Assembly: GCA_965214655.1 (NCBI GenBank)
Contig: OZ243965.1
Location: 517,716-581,715, forward strand
DNA: 64,000 nt
DNA from: Bryobacterales bacterium
GTDB lineage: Bacteria > Acidobacteriota > Terriglobia > Bryobacterales > UBA6623
Direction: 5' to 3'
Shown here: one piece after another, positions 39,932-52,469 of the stretch
How positions within the stretch are numbered: position 1 is the first letter of the stretch
Layout of the letters: the number at the start of each line of letters is the position of its first letter
Position numbers and translations under genes: made by a program
Notes under the pieces: model-generated
What the model was told of the DNA's origin: nothing
Databases searched by the model: none
The model's input: the letters and a program-made list of their open reading frames with translations, nothing else

Positions 39932-42900
39932 ACAAATTCCGGGCGATTTTAGCGAATCGTTGGGCGCGCCGCGGCGCCGTTGCCGCCGGGACTCTCCTGC
40001 TGTCGGCCGCGGCGTTCGAGTTGACGTTGCGCAGCGACTGGTTTGCCGAGGCCGTGCGGACGCGCTTGGAAGCGGAACTCGAAGCGGCAACCGGCGGCGC
40101 GGCGGCGATCGAACGGTTCCGCTTCGACCGCGGCCGTTGGGCGTTCGTTGCCGAAGGGATCGAGTTGCGCGGCAGCGAGGCGGACGAAGGCCCTCCGCTG
40201 CTGTCGGTCCGACGCGTCGAATCGCAAATCCGGGTCGAGTCGCTCTTCGGCCGGTGGATATCGCTCGAACGCCTGCATGCGGTCGAGCCGCGCCTTTCGA
40301 TTTTCGTTTTCGACGACGGTTCGACGAATGTTCCCTCTCCGCGGCGATCCCCCGGCCGGCCCTTTACGCAGCCGTTGCTCGATTTGGCCGTCAAAGAGCT
40401 GCGGGTCGACGGCGGAACGCTCGCCTGGAACGGGAGGCCGTACCGAGCCGCCGTGCAGGCGTCCGACTTGACTCTTGAGACGGCATTGCGGGCGAATGCT
40501 CCCGAATACGAAATCCGCCTGGAAGTCGGCGCGCTCGCCTGGAATGCTCCGCTGCTGGGGGGCATGACGACATCGCTTGCGGTCGAAGCGGTCCTTGGCG
40601 GCTCGGGCATCGAGTTGACGCGCTTCGAGGCGGCGAACGACGTCGTTACGATCGAAGCGGCCGGAGCGCTTTCCGCTCTCGATCGGCCCCGACTTTCGGC
40701 CGACTACCGGGCGACGGCGCTTCTCGGCGAGTTGTTGCGCGCGCGCGGCATTGCCGATCCTCCGTTCGACGGCCGCTTGAAGATAGACGGCGCGGTCGCC
40801 TGGCAAGCCGAGGCCGACGGCGTTTCGTACTCCGGAGATATCGTGCTCAGCGAGGGCGGCCTCGGCGGGACGGGGGAAATTTTGGAGGGCCGCTTGAGCT
40901 ATGCCGGCGACGGCGGCAGTGTCGCGATGCCGGACATCCGACTTGCGGCTCTCGGCGGGGAGATTTCCGGCGAAGCCCGGATCTCCGAGCTTGCGACGGC
41001 GCCGCGGTTTGCGTTTACGGGCGCCGCCGCGGGCTTTTCGCTTTCCCGGCTGGCCGAGATCGCAGGCGCGGACTATCTGCCCTGGAGCGGGTCGGTCCGC
41101 GGCGAGATCGAGGCCGACGGCACGTCCGCCGCCGACCTTGCGGCGCGCATGCGCTTCGCCGTCGAACCGCCGCCGGACAGCGGACCGTTCCCGCTCCGGG
41201 GGCAGGGCGAGATACGCTACGACGGCGCTTCGCCGCGGCTCGAAATTACCTCGGTGCGCTTGCAGTCTCCTCATGTCTCCGCCGACTTGTCGGGTTCGTT
41301 GGAGGCCGCGGCCGGGGCCGCGCTTGCGGTTCGGGCGCGGATCGCCTCTTTCGACGAGGTCGCCCCGATCTTGCAGGCGTTGGCAGTCGAGATCGAGACT
41401 CCGAGATTGGAAGACGGCGGCGCAATTCGCCTCGACGGGCGTCTGACCGGCGCGCCGGCAGACTCTTCTTCCTGGGTTTTCGACGGCAAGCTGCAGGCCG
41501 AGGATTTTTCGATCGGCGGGCAGCGCTGGGCAAGCGCCTCCGCCGACGCCCGCGTAGCGCCGGCAGGCGCAACCGTCCGCTCGGCCAAGCTGTCGGCCGG
41601 CGAGGGAACGGTTGAGTTGAAGGGCAACGTGCCCTTTAGCGGCGCGGGCGCTTTGCAAGCGTCCGTTTCCGTGAGGGGATTGGATATTCGCAGGGCGGTT
41701 GCCGCTGCAGGCCTAGAGCTTCCCGTCGCAGGAACCCTGGAGGGGGATGGAAGCGCGGCGGGCGTCCTGGCGGCGCCGCAACTTGCAGGCAGGTTCGCCT
41801 TGACGAACGCCTCGGTTGCCGGAGAGCGGTTCGACCGTTTGACGGCTGCCGTCGCCTACGGCGAGAACGGCTTCGTCCTGCGCGATGCGCTGCTGGTCCG
41901 CGGGGGCGCCGCATTGCGCGCCGGCGCGGTTTTCGCTGCAGACAGCAAGGAGTTCGAGTTCGCGCTCGACGGCGCGGACTGGCCGCTCGAAGAGTTCGCC
42001 TTTCTGCGCGGGCGGCAAACTCCGCTGACGGGCACGGCAAGATTCGACATGAAAGGCGGAGGCAGGCAAGGGCCGTACCGCGAATTGCTGCGCTCGCTGA
42101 CGTTGAACGGAAGCTGGGAGATTCGCGATCTGCGTCATGCCGGCCGGGAGCTGGGTTCGTGGACGGGCGGCATCCGCACGGAACAGGACGCGATCCACGT
42201 TGAGTGGCTGGCGAAAATGTTGGGCGGCGAAGCGAGCGGCGAAAGCGTTTTGACGCCGGCCGAGGAAGCCGGTTACAACGGGTCGTTCCGCTTCGCGAAT
42301 TTCGAGCCGCAAGCGGTAAGCGATCTGCTCGGCCTGCAACTGGGCAAAATAGAAGGCCGCATCGACGGACAGGCGGAATACGCCGGAGAGATCGGCGCGC
42401 CGGAGAAATTTCGCCTTGGCGGCACGATTGACCGCTTCGAGGCGGGCGTTTCGGGTATCGGCTCAACAGCGGCCGGCTACCGCCTCTCGAACCTCTTTCC
42501 CATGCGCTGGAGCTATGGCGGCGGCATCGTCCGGCTCGATTCGATGGCCCTCAACGGAAGCGGCACGGATATCGAGATCGACGGCACAATCGCTCTCGAC
42601 GGCGAGCGCGCCGTAGATGTCGCCGTCGACGGGCGCTTCAATCTGGTTTTGTTGGAAAGCTTCGATGCGGATATCGAGGCGTCCGGCACCTCGAATCTGA
42701 ACATCGCAATCGGCGGCACGGTCAACGATGTCGCGGTCGAGGGGTCGATGACGGTTGCCGACGGGTCGCTGCGGCTGGCGGAGTTCTCGAACGGTCTGAG
42801 CGAGATCAACGGCAAGATCGACTTCGCCGGCCGGCAGATGAAAATCGACGAGCTGACGGCGGCTTCGGGCGGCGGCGCCCTACGCCTGTCCGGCGGCGCA

Positions 42901-43899
42901 GCCTTCGGCGACGGGCTGGAATACCGCTTGCAGGCTGTCGCCAACCGCGTGCGCTTGCGCTATCCGGCCAATATCGGCAGCGTCTTCGACGGACAGTTGA
43001 CGCTCGCCGGCACGGGAGACCATGCGGTCCTCAACGGCGAAGTCCTGGTGTCTCGCCTGACGACAACGAAGGGCATCGCCTTCGGCGATCTTTTCGCATC
43101 GTTTCGGCGGCCGGCGCGGACGCAAGCCGCCGGGTCGGCGCTGCAAGACGTTCAGCTCGACGTGCGGGTGGTCTCGGTTCCGAATCTGACGGTCGAAACT
43201 TCGCTGGTCAGAAATGTCGAGGCGGAGATCGATTTGAAGCTCGTGGGCACCGGCGCAAGCCCGTCTCTGCTCGGTAGCGTCGGCGTCACTCAAGGGACGA
43301 TCGAGATGCTCGGCACGCGGTATCACGTCAACCGCGGCGATGTCAGCTTCGTGAATCCGTTCCGCCTCGAGCCGGTGCTGAATGTCGATATGGAAGCGCG
43401 CATTCGCGGCGTCGATCTGGCGCTGGTGCTTTCCGGCCCGCTGCGCAGACTCAACCTGAATTACCGCTCCGACCCGCCGCTGCCGTTCAACGACCTGGTC
43501 AATCTTGTGGCCGTCGGCCGCGCGCCGCTGGTCGATCCCGTGCTTGCGTCGCAACAGCGCGTCGAGCAGCAATCGCTGATTCAGACCGGAGCGAACAATT
43601 TATTGGCGTCCACGCTGGCCCGCCCGGTTTCGCAGCGGCTGCAGCGGTTTTTCGGCGTCAGCCGGCTCAAGGTAGACCCGCAGATCGGCGGCCCCGAAGC
43701 CAATCCGAGCGCGCGCATTTCGACCGAGCAGCAGATCGCCGACGACTTGACGCTGACTTACAGCTACGACCTGTCCTCGGCGCAACAGCAGGTGGTCCGC
43801 GTCGAGTGGGCTCCTGACCGCCGCTGGTCGTTTATCGTGACGCGCGACGAAAACGGTCTGGTCGGCTCGGATTTCCTTTACAAGACGCGGCTGCCTTGA
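39928..43899 (+). CDS. TamB/AsmA-like translocation and assembly module protein
   Basis: N-terminal membrane anchor, long beta-taco-like repeats, C-terminal DUF490-like region (LNLNYRSDPPL...YKTRLP). Confidence 0.88.
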   Translation: MNKFRAILANRWARRGAVAAGTLLLSAAAFELTLRSDWFAEAVRTRLEAELEAATGGAAAIERFRFDRGRWAFVAEGIELRGSEADEGPPLLSVRRVESQIRVESLFGRWISLERLHAVEPRLSIFVFDDGSTNVPSPRRSPGRPFTQPLLDLAVKELRVDGGTLAWNGRPYRAAVQASDLTLETALRANAPEYEIRLEVGALAWNAPLLGGMTTSLAVEAVLGGSGIELTRFEAANDVVTIEAAGALSALDRPRLSADYRATALLGELLRARGIADPPFDGRLKIDGAVAWQAEADGVSYSGDIVLSEGGLGGTGEILEGRLSYAGDGGSVAMPDIRLAALGGEISGEARISELATAPRFAFTGAAAGFSLSRLAEIAGADYLPWSGSVRGEIEADGTSAADLAARMRFAVEPPPDSGPFPLRGQGEIRYDGASPRLEITSVRLQSPHVSADLSGSLEAAAGAALAVRARIASFDEVAPILQALAVEIETPRLEDGGAIRLDGRLTGAPADSSSWVFDGKLQAEDFSIGGQRWASASADARVAPAGATVRSAKLSAGEGTVELKGNVPFSGAGALQASVSVRGLDIRRAVAAAGLELPVAGTLEGDGSAAGVLAAPQLAGRFALTNASVAGERFDRLTAAVAYGENGFVLRDALLVRGGAALRAGAVFAADSKEFEFALDGADWPLEEFAFLRGRQTPLTGTARFDMKGGGRQGPYRELLRSLTLNGSWEIRDLRHAGRELGSWTGGIRTEQDAIHVEWLAKMLGGEASGESVLTPAEEAGYNGSFRFANFEPQAVSDLLGLQLGKIEGRIDGQAEYAGEIGAPEKFRLGGTIDRFEAGVSGIGSTAAGYRLSNLFPMRWSYGGGIVRLDSMALNGSGTDIEIDGTIALDGERAVDVAVDGRFNLVLLESFDADIEASGTSNLNIAIGGTVNDVAVEGSMTVADGSLRLAEFSNGLSEINGKIDFAGRQMKIDELTAASGGGALRLSGGAAFGDGLEYRLQAVANRVRLRYPANIGSVFDGQLTLAGTGDHAVLNGEVLVSRLTTTKGIAFGDLFASFRRPARTQAAGSALQDVQLDVRVVSVPNLTVETSLVRNVEAEIDLKLVGTGASPSLLGSVGVTQGTIEMLGTRYHVNRGDVSFVNPFRLEPVLNVDMEARIRGVDLALVLSGPLRRLNLNYRSDPPLPFNDLVNLVAVGRAPLVDPVLASQQRVEQQSLIQTGANNLLASTLARPVSQRLQRFFGVSRLKVDPQIGGPEANPSARISTEQQIADDLTLTYSYDLSSAQQQVVRVEWAPDRRWSFIVTRDENGLVGSDFLYKTRLP

Positions 43900-43920
43900 G
43901 TTTGGCAAGCTTGTGTCAAG

Positions 43921-44511
43921 ATGGATTGTCTGGACGACCGCCGCCGTCTCAAGGAAATCCTGCGCGCGCGATCCGTGATGCGCGGAGAGTTCACTCTCGC
44001 TTCGGGGAAGAGAAGCAATCTCTACGTGGACTGCCGTCTCACGACGCTGCGCGCGGAAGCCATGCCGCTCATCGGCCGCTTGCTGCTCGCTGCGATCGAC
44101 AAGAAGGGCTGGCGTCCGCAAGCCGTGGGCGGCCTCACGATGGGGGCCGATCCGGCGGTCTGCGCCGTGGCGCGGGAATCCCTGGAATCCGACTGCGAAA
44201 TCAACGGTTTCCTCATCCGCAAGGAGGCGAAAAGACACGGGCGCGAACGCTATCTTGAGGGCTTGGCGGAAACGGCGGGCGTCGATTGCGTGATTCTCGA
44301 CGACGTTTGCACCACGGGCGGCTCCACCGTCACGGCGATCGAGCGGGCAAGGGACGCGGGGATGAACGTGCTGGGCGCCGCCTGCGTCGTCGACCGCGAA
44401 CAAGGCGGCAGGCAGGCTGTCGAGGCTGTGGGCTGCGGCTTCGCCGCCCTCTACACAATGGCCGAGTTGCTGGAATCCCGCCTGTCCGCCCGGGCCGGGT
44501 CTGCGCAGTAG
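43921..44511 (+). CDS. pyrE: Orotate phosphoribosyltransferase
   Basis: GEFTLASGKRSNLYVDCR, RKEAKRHG, LDDVCTTGGS. Confidence 0.95.
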   Translation: MDCLDDRRRLKEILRARSVMRGEFTLASGKRSNLYVDCRLTTLRAEAMPLIGRLLLAAIDKKGWRPQAVGGLTMGADPAVCAVARESLESDCEINGFLIRKEAKRHGRERYLEGLAETAGVDCVILDDVCTTGGSTVTAIERARDAGMNVLGAACVVDREQGGRQAVEAVGCGFAALYTMAELLESRLSARAGSAQ

Positions 44512-44702
44512 CGACTCGGGCTTGCAGCTGCGCAACCAGGCGCCGGAGCGCACGCCCTCGAAATTTTCATGAGAAATTCGGCCGCGCGTCCGGGGAGCGC
44601 GCAGACTTCGGGCAGTTTGGCTTTTCCAGCCGGGTGCGCGGCCTGATATCATGGAGTAGCGAGAACCGGCGCGGGCGCTTTTCTCCCGCTCTTCCGGACG
44701 CC

Positions 44703-47179
<2,477 letters not shown>

Positions 47180-47192
<13 letters not shown>

Positions 47193-48715
47193 GCCCGCTC
47201 CGTCGGCCGAAACGATTCCCTTAGCGCGGGGTAGAGTCCGCGGTAAACAGGGTAAGTCCGGGCGTAAACGGCTGCTGTATCGGCGTCGGGCGTCAGTCGA
47301 TCCCGCTCGCGGATGACGGCTTGGCAGACTTCCTCCACGGAAGCGTACTCGCCGGTTCCGACCATAGCCAACAGCGCGGCCCCGTAAGCCGATCCCTCTT
47401 GGGTTTGCAGTGTTGCGATGGGCTTGTCGAACGCTGCCGCGAGAATGCCGCGCCAGAAGTTCGACTTGGCGCCGCCGCCCGATGCGCGGACAACGGATAC
47501 CTCGGCGCCCAAGGACTCGATGATGCCGAGGCAATCCTTGAGGCTGAAGGCGACGCCTTCGAGGATCGAGCGGATCAAATGCGCCCGCGTGTGCTTGGCC
47601 GTCAATCCAATCCAGCCGCCCCGCGCCCAAGCGTCGAGATGCGGGGTGCGTTCCCCCATCAGATAGGGAAGCCATTGCAAGCCCTCGCAGCCGGCAGGCG
47701 CGCCTGCGGCTTCGGCCGTCATCAGATTGTAGGGGTCGCTGCCCAGGGCCTCGGCGCGGGCGCTGAAATCCGCGCCCAGATTGTCGCGGAACCATTGCAG
47801 ACTCAGGCCCGCTCCTTGGGTGACGCCCATGATGTGCCACTTGCCGGGCACGGCATGGCAAAAGGTGTGCACTCTTCCTGCGGGATCGTACGCGGGCGCG
47901 TCCAGATGAGAAAAGACGACCCCGGACGTGCCGATCGTGCAGGAAACCATGCCCGTTTCGACGATGCCGTTGCCGACCGCGCTCGCCGCCTGATCGCCCG
48001 CGCCGCCGACGACCGGCGTCCCCGCTCGCAGTCCGGCGGCCTGCGCCGCGGCTGCGCCGACCGCGCCGGTGCGTTCGTTCGATTCCACGACGGCGGGGAG
48101 CGCCGCGGCGTCGATCCCCAGCTTCTCGATCAGAGGCGCCGCCCAGCGGCGGTTCACGACGTCGAACAGCGCGGCGCCGGATGCGTCCGAAACGTCGCTT
48201 GCGTATTCTCCCGTCAGGCGGAAACGTATATAGTCCTTCGGCAGCAGGATGCGCCGGACGCGCTCGTAAGAGAGGGGGTCGTGATCGCGCACCCAGAGCA
48301 GCTTGGGCGCCGTGAATCCCGTGAGCACGGGATTGGCGGTTTGCTCCAGCACCATGTTCGCGCCGGCGGCCGCATTGATCCAGTCGACCTGCTTCTGACT
48401 GCGCTGGTCGCACCAGATCAGCGCCGGGCGGATTACGTTGTCGTCCGCGTCGAGCAGCGTCAGGCCGTGCATTTGGCCCGACAGACCGATGCCGGCAATG
48501 TCCGCGCCGCTTGCTCCGGCCTTGGCCAGAACTCCGCGAATCGCCTTTTGCGCTGCGTCCCACCAGTCCTGCGGGCGCTGTTCGGCCCACAGCGGCCGCT
48601 GCATGACGATGGCCTCGTGCGCGGCGGTGACGCCCGCCGCGACCCGGCCGTCGGCCTGAACCAGGAGCGCGCGCGAGCCGCCCGTGCCGATGTCGATGCC
48701 CAACCAGTACGTCAT
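47180..48715 (-). CDS. xylB: Xylulokinase (FGGY carbohydrate kinase)
   Basis: LGIDIGTGG, GLSGQMHG, WCDQRS, PYLMGERTPH, SGGGAKS. Confidence 0.92.
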
Positions 48716-49506
48716 TGCGATCTTTGCATTGTACGCGGAGGCCCGCCCGCCCGCCCGGAGCGCGGTTCTATGGGCGCGGCGGCCATTTGCCCAATCCTCT
48801 CCTGGATGTTGCGGATCAACGTCTTGCCCTCGCCGCGGCGCAGCCCCGCGGTAGACTCCGGTTTGCCGATGCGCAGCTCGACGGGGCCGGGCCGCAAGTG
48901 CGTGGACCCGGGCGCGAGAATTTTTCGGGTGCCGACCAGCGCCATGGGCACGATCGGCACGCCTGCCTGAATCGCGATGTGCGCGGCTCCCGGCTTGAAA
49001 GGGCGCATGGTTTCTCCGCGGGTTCGGCCGCCTTCGGGGAAAAGAAGGATCGAGTAGCCGGACTTGATCTTCTCCGCCGCGGCGGCAATGTTCTTGACCG
49101 CCTCGCGTTTGTCTTCGCGGTTGACGGGCAGGTGGCCCGCGCGGTTCAGATGCCAGCCGATAAAGGGTATCTTCCACAGCCCGTGCCGCGCGAGAATGCG
49201 GAACGGCCGGGGCATCGCGCCGAACATCACCGGCGTGTCGATCAGACTGAAGTGGTTCGAGACGAAAACGTAATGGCGGTGGGGATCGAGGTTCTCCGCG
49301 CCGACGACCCGCATGTCGATGCGGAACGCGGCCAGCAACTGCCGTCCCCAGGCGCCGGCGATCTTGTGCTGCAGAACTCCGCTGCTGTCCAAGAACGACG
49401 AGAGCAGGGAGAGTATGCCCATGACGGTCGTCGAGACCGCCAGGGCAGGGATCATCCAGCAGACCGAACGGACATGGCTGAGCGTTTCCCGAAGCCGACT
49501 CAACAC
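48712..49506 (-). CDS. plsC: 1-acyl-sn-glycerol-3-phosphate acyltransferase
   Basis: SNHFSLID (NHxxxxD), FPEGGRT, PFKPGA. Confidence 0.9.
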   Translation of the reverse strand: MLSRLRETLSHVRSVCWMIPALAVSTTVMGILSLLSSFLDSSGVLQHKIAGAWGRQLLAAFRIDMRVVGAENLDPHRHYVFVSNHFSLIDTPVMFGAMPRPFRILARHGLWKIPFIGWHLNRAGHLPVNREDKREAVKNIAAAAEKIKSGYSILLFPEGGRTRGETMRPFKPGAAHIAIQAGVPIVPMALVGTRKILAPGSTHLRPGPVELRIGKPESTAGLRRGEGKTLIRNIQERIGQMAAAPIEPRSGRAGGPPRTMQRSQ

Positions 49507-49512
49507 ACGATT

Positions 49513-50802
49513 CTACTCGCAGCCCAGCAACTCGCGGGCTTCGCCTACCAGGAAAATCGAGCCGGCGATGACGATCCAATCTTCGCGGCCCGCCCCGCGC
49601 CGCGCGGCGTCAAGCGCGGCTTGCAGCGTCGGCGCGGTCTCGATTCGCGCATGGTGATGGCCTGCGACCGCCAGTACGGTCTGCGGACGCAGCGCCCGAG
49701 GAAGCTTGGAGCGGGTCAGGATGACCCGGTCGGCTTGGGGAAACAGCAGGCCCGCGATCTCGTCTACCGCTTTCTCGCGGGAGGAGCCGTAGATCAGTGC
49801 GACGCGGCGGCCTTGCGCATGTTGCGCGAGAAAATCGGCGAGGCAGCGCGCGCCGCTCGGATTGTGAGCCGCATCCAACAGGACTCTTGGTCTGCTGTGC
49901 TCGATCCGCTCCAGGCGTCCCGGCCACTTGACTTTGCCCAGACCCGCGGCGATTGCAGCGGCCTCGATTCCGAGCGCGTCGAGAACCGCGATGGCGGTCA
50001 GGGCGTTCTCGACCTGATGCGCTCCGGCGAGGGACAGTCGGATGGGAATGCTCTTGCCGCCGCCGACGGCTTCGAACCGCGGGAACCCGCCGCAGTCGCG
50101 CACCTTCTCGGCGCTCCAGGATGCGCTCGCATCGATTGCCGCCGCTCCGCACTTGGCTGCGCGTTGCAGCAAGACCTGCTTTGCGCTTGGCTCCTGCGCT
50201 CCGATCACGGCCAGGCAGCCCGCCTTGATGATGGCGGCTTTTTCGCCGGCAATGCGCGCAAGGCTGCCGCCCAGGAATGCTTCGTGGTCGAAGGCGATGC
50301 GCGTGAGCGCTGCAATTTCGGGCTCGACGATGTTGCTGGCGTCCAGGCGCCCGCCCAGCCCTGCTTCGACGATGCGATAGGCGACGCCTGCGTCTCGGAA
50401 CAGACAAAAACCGGCGGCGGTGGTCGATTCGAAAAAAGTCGGATGCGCCGAGCGTCCGCAGCGGGCGGCAAGGGACTCGTTCGCCCGGCGCACCTGCTCG
50501 ATCGCCCTGCCGACCGCGGCGTCGCCCGCCGCGCGCCCGTTGATGCGGAAGCGCTCGTTGATCCGCGTGAGGTGCGGCGAGCTGTAGAGGCCGGTCGTGT
50601 GTCCGGCGGCGATCAAGCCGGCTTCGATCATCGCAGCGGTCGAACCCTTGCCGTTCGTGCCCGCGATATGGATGATGCCCGCGCCGCGCTGGGGACTGTC
50701 CAAGGCCGCCGCCAAGCGCCGCATGCGCTCCAGGCCGAAGTTTTCCTTGCGGATCGAGCCGAGCAGGGAAAAAAGATAGCGGACGGATTGTTGGTATTCC
50801 AT
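49513..50802 (-). CDS. folC: Folylpolyglutamate synthase/dihydrofolate synthase
   Basis: HIAGTNGKGS, SPHL..NERF, EAGLGGRLDASN, WPGRLE, DAAHNP. Confidence 0.95.
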   Translation of the reverse strand: MEYQQSVRYLFSLLGSIRKENFGLERMRRLAAALDSPQRGAGIIHIAGTNGKGSTAAMIEAGLIAAGHTTGLYSSPHLTRINERFRINGRAAGDAAVGRAIEQVRRANESLAARCGRSAHPTFFESTTAAGFCLFRDAGVAYRIVEAGLGGRLDASNIVEPEIAALTRIAFDHEAFLGGSLARIAGEKAAIIKAGCLAVIGAQEPSAKQVLLQRAAKCGAAAIDASASWSAEKVRDCGGFPRFEAVGGGKSIPIRLSLAGAHQVENALTAIAVLDALGIEAAAIAAGLGKVKWPGRLERIEHSRPRVLLDAAHNPSGARCLADFLAQHAQGRRVALIYGSSREKAVDEIAGLLFPQADRVILTRSKLPRALRPQTVLAVAGHHHARIETAPTLQAALDAARRGAGREDWIVIAGSIFLVGEARELLGCE

Positions 50803-50828
50803 CGCCGCGGCGGCAGACGACGGCCGGG

Positions 50829-51662
50829 CTACGCCGGCGCCGCGCAGAAAAACGCCAGCGCGTCTGCGATGTAGCCCTTCAACTCGCCTCGGGGAACGAC
50901 CGCATCCAGCATGCCGTGCTTCTCCAGGAACTCCGAGCGCTGGAAGCCCTTGGGCAGCTTTTGGCGGATGGTCTGCTCGATCACGCGCGGCCCGGCGAAG
51001 CCGATCAGCGCTCCGGGCTCGGCGACGTTCAAGTCGCCGAGCATGGCGAAGCTGGCGGTGACGCCGCCGGTCGTGGGATCGGTCAATACGCTGATGTAGG
51101 GTATCTTGGCGCGGTCGAGCTTTTTCAGCGCCGCCGAAATTTTCGCCATCTGCACCAAGCTGATCATGCCTTCCATCATACGCGCCCCGCCCGATGCGGA
51201 AATGATGATCAGCGGCGCCTTGCGTTCCCGCGCCGACTCGGCGGCCCGCGTCAATTTCTCACCCACGACGGCGCCCATGCTGCCGCCGATAAAGCGGTAC
51301 TCCATGGCGCAAACGATCACGTCGCGCCCGGCCAGCCTGCCTCCGGCGCAAATGACGGCGTCGTTGAGACCGGTTTTTCGCTTGGCGTCGTCGAGACGTT
51401 CTTCGTAAGGCTTGCGGTCGATGAATTGCAAAGCGTTCGTCGAGCGCAGGCTCCAGCCGAACTCATCCCACTGCGCGTTGTCGAAAAGCAGCCTGAGCCG
51501 CTCGCGGGCGTCGATCTTGAAATGAAATCCGCACTTTGCGCAGACCATTTGGGCGGCTTCGAGATCTTTCTTCCAAATCGTTGCGCCGCAAGAGTCGCAT
51601 TTGATCCAGAGACCCTCGGTTCGGACCTTCTTGGTTTCGTCGTTTTTGTGCAGCCACGCCAT
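50829..51662 (-). CDS. accD: Acetyl-CoA carboxylase carboxyltransferase beta subunit
   Basis: LWIKCDSC...CAKC zinc finger, GGSMG, SGGARMMEG, PTTGGVTASFA. Confidence 0.96.
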   Translation of the reverse strand: MAWLHKNDETKKVRTEGLWIKCDSCGATIWKKDLEAAQMVCAKCGFHFKIDARERLRLLFDNAQWDEFGWSLRSTNALQFIDRKPYEERLDDAKRKTGLNDAVICAGGRLAGRDVIVCAMEYRFIGGSMGAVVGEKLTRAAESARERKAPLIIISASGGARMMEGMISLVQMAKISAALKKLDRAKIPYISVLTDPTTGGVTASFAMLGDLNVAEPGALIGFAGPRVIEQTIRQKLPKGFQRSEFLEKHGMLDAVVPRGELKGYIADALAFFCAAPA

Positions 51663-51770
51663 TATCGAACGACGCTCCGGCGCGCCGAGGGGGACTCGAT
51701 AATCATAAGCCTGACAGCGAACGCTCGAACGCCTCGCTCGCCGGAGAAACCGGCTCGTGCCCGGCGCCGG

Positions 51771-52001
51771 CTACTTGGACATCGGCGTCTGGACTTCGCT
51801 GTCTCGCCAAGCGCTGATTTTCAACCGCCGGCATACCCAGCACAACCCCTCCGACTGCTCGCTGGCCCCGGGTTCGGAGCAGATGCGGCACGGAAAGGTC
51901 TCGATCGGTTTTGGCTCGAAGATATTTCGACGGGCCGAATCGCGCAAGCGTGGATCGATGACCGGCTCTTCCATGCTGTTGGGTTTGCCCGGCGTGCTCA
52001 T
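51771..52001 (-). CDS. Small zinc-finger-like protein (~76 aa, CxxC...CxxC)
   Basis: PCRIC...LCWVC; TATAGT and AAGGAGA upstream. Start could be 52001 or 52016. Confidence 0.6.
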   Translation of the reverse strand: MSTPGKPNSMEEPVIDPRLRDSARRNIFEPKPIETFPCRICSEPGASEQSEGLCWVCRRLKISAWRDSEVQTPMSK

Positions 52002-52469
52002 GGATCCATTGCCCAAGTCTCCTTCAACTATAGACTGCGCGACAAGTGAAGTCCAGTCCCATCTCGTGTGAAGGAGGCGAAAAAAATGCTTGATGAGGAT
52101 GGCTTCCGTGAAGGGGTGCCGGAGGGGCGTGTTTCAGGGGTCTTTTGGGTTGAGGTTAGTCTCGCTTTGGTGGGGTTACCCCCCCGGCATCAAACTCAGA
52201 ATACCAAAGTTCATAGCCCGTGGCAAGTAAAAATCCAAAAAATAGTATTTTTTATCACGATCGGTATTCTGGATTCGATTCCAAGTTATTTTATATCAAT
52301 GACTTAACGGAAAATTTGAGTGCTCCCGATTACTTGAAAAAAAATTCTGCGGGCTGGAATTTTCGGGCGTCCGGCCGGAGGTGACGGCGGGCGGACAGTT
52401 TTCGGCTTGTCTCTCGTTGGAAAGAGCTGATTCTTGACTGGCGCGGCAGTGGCGGCTACAATGCAAGCC

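Noticed and set aside
52265-52280. ATTCTGGATTCGA, resembling a tmRNA 5' segment
   Set aside because: No GGGG 5' end, no T-arm/CCA 3' end and no tag ORF nearby; likely chance.
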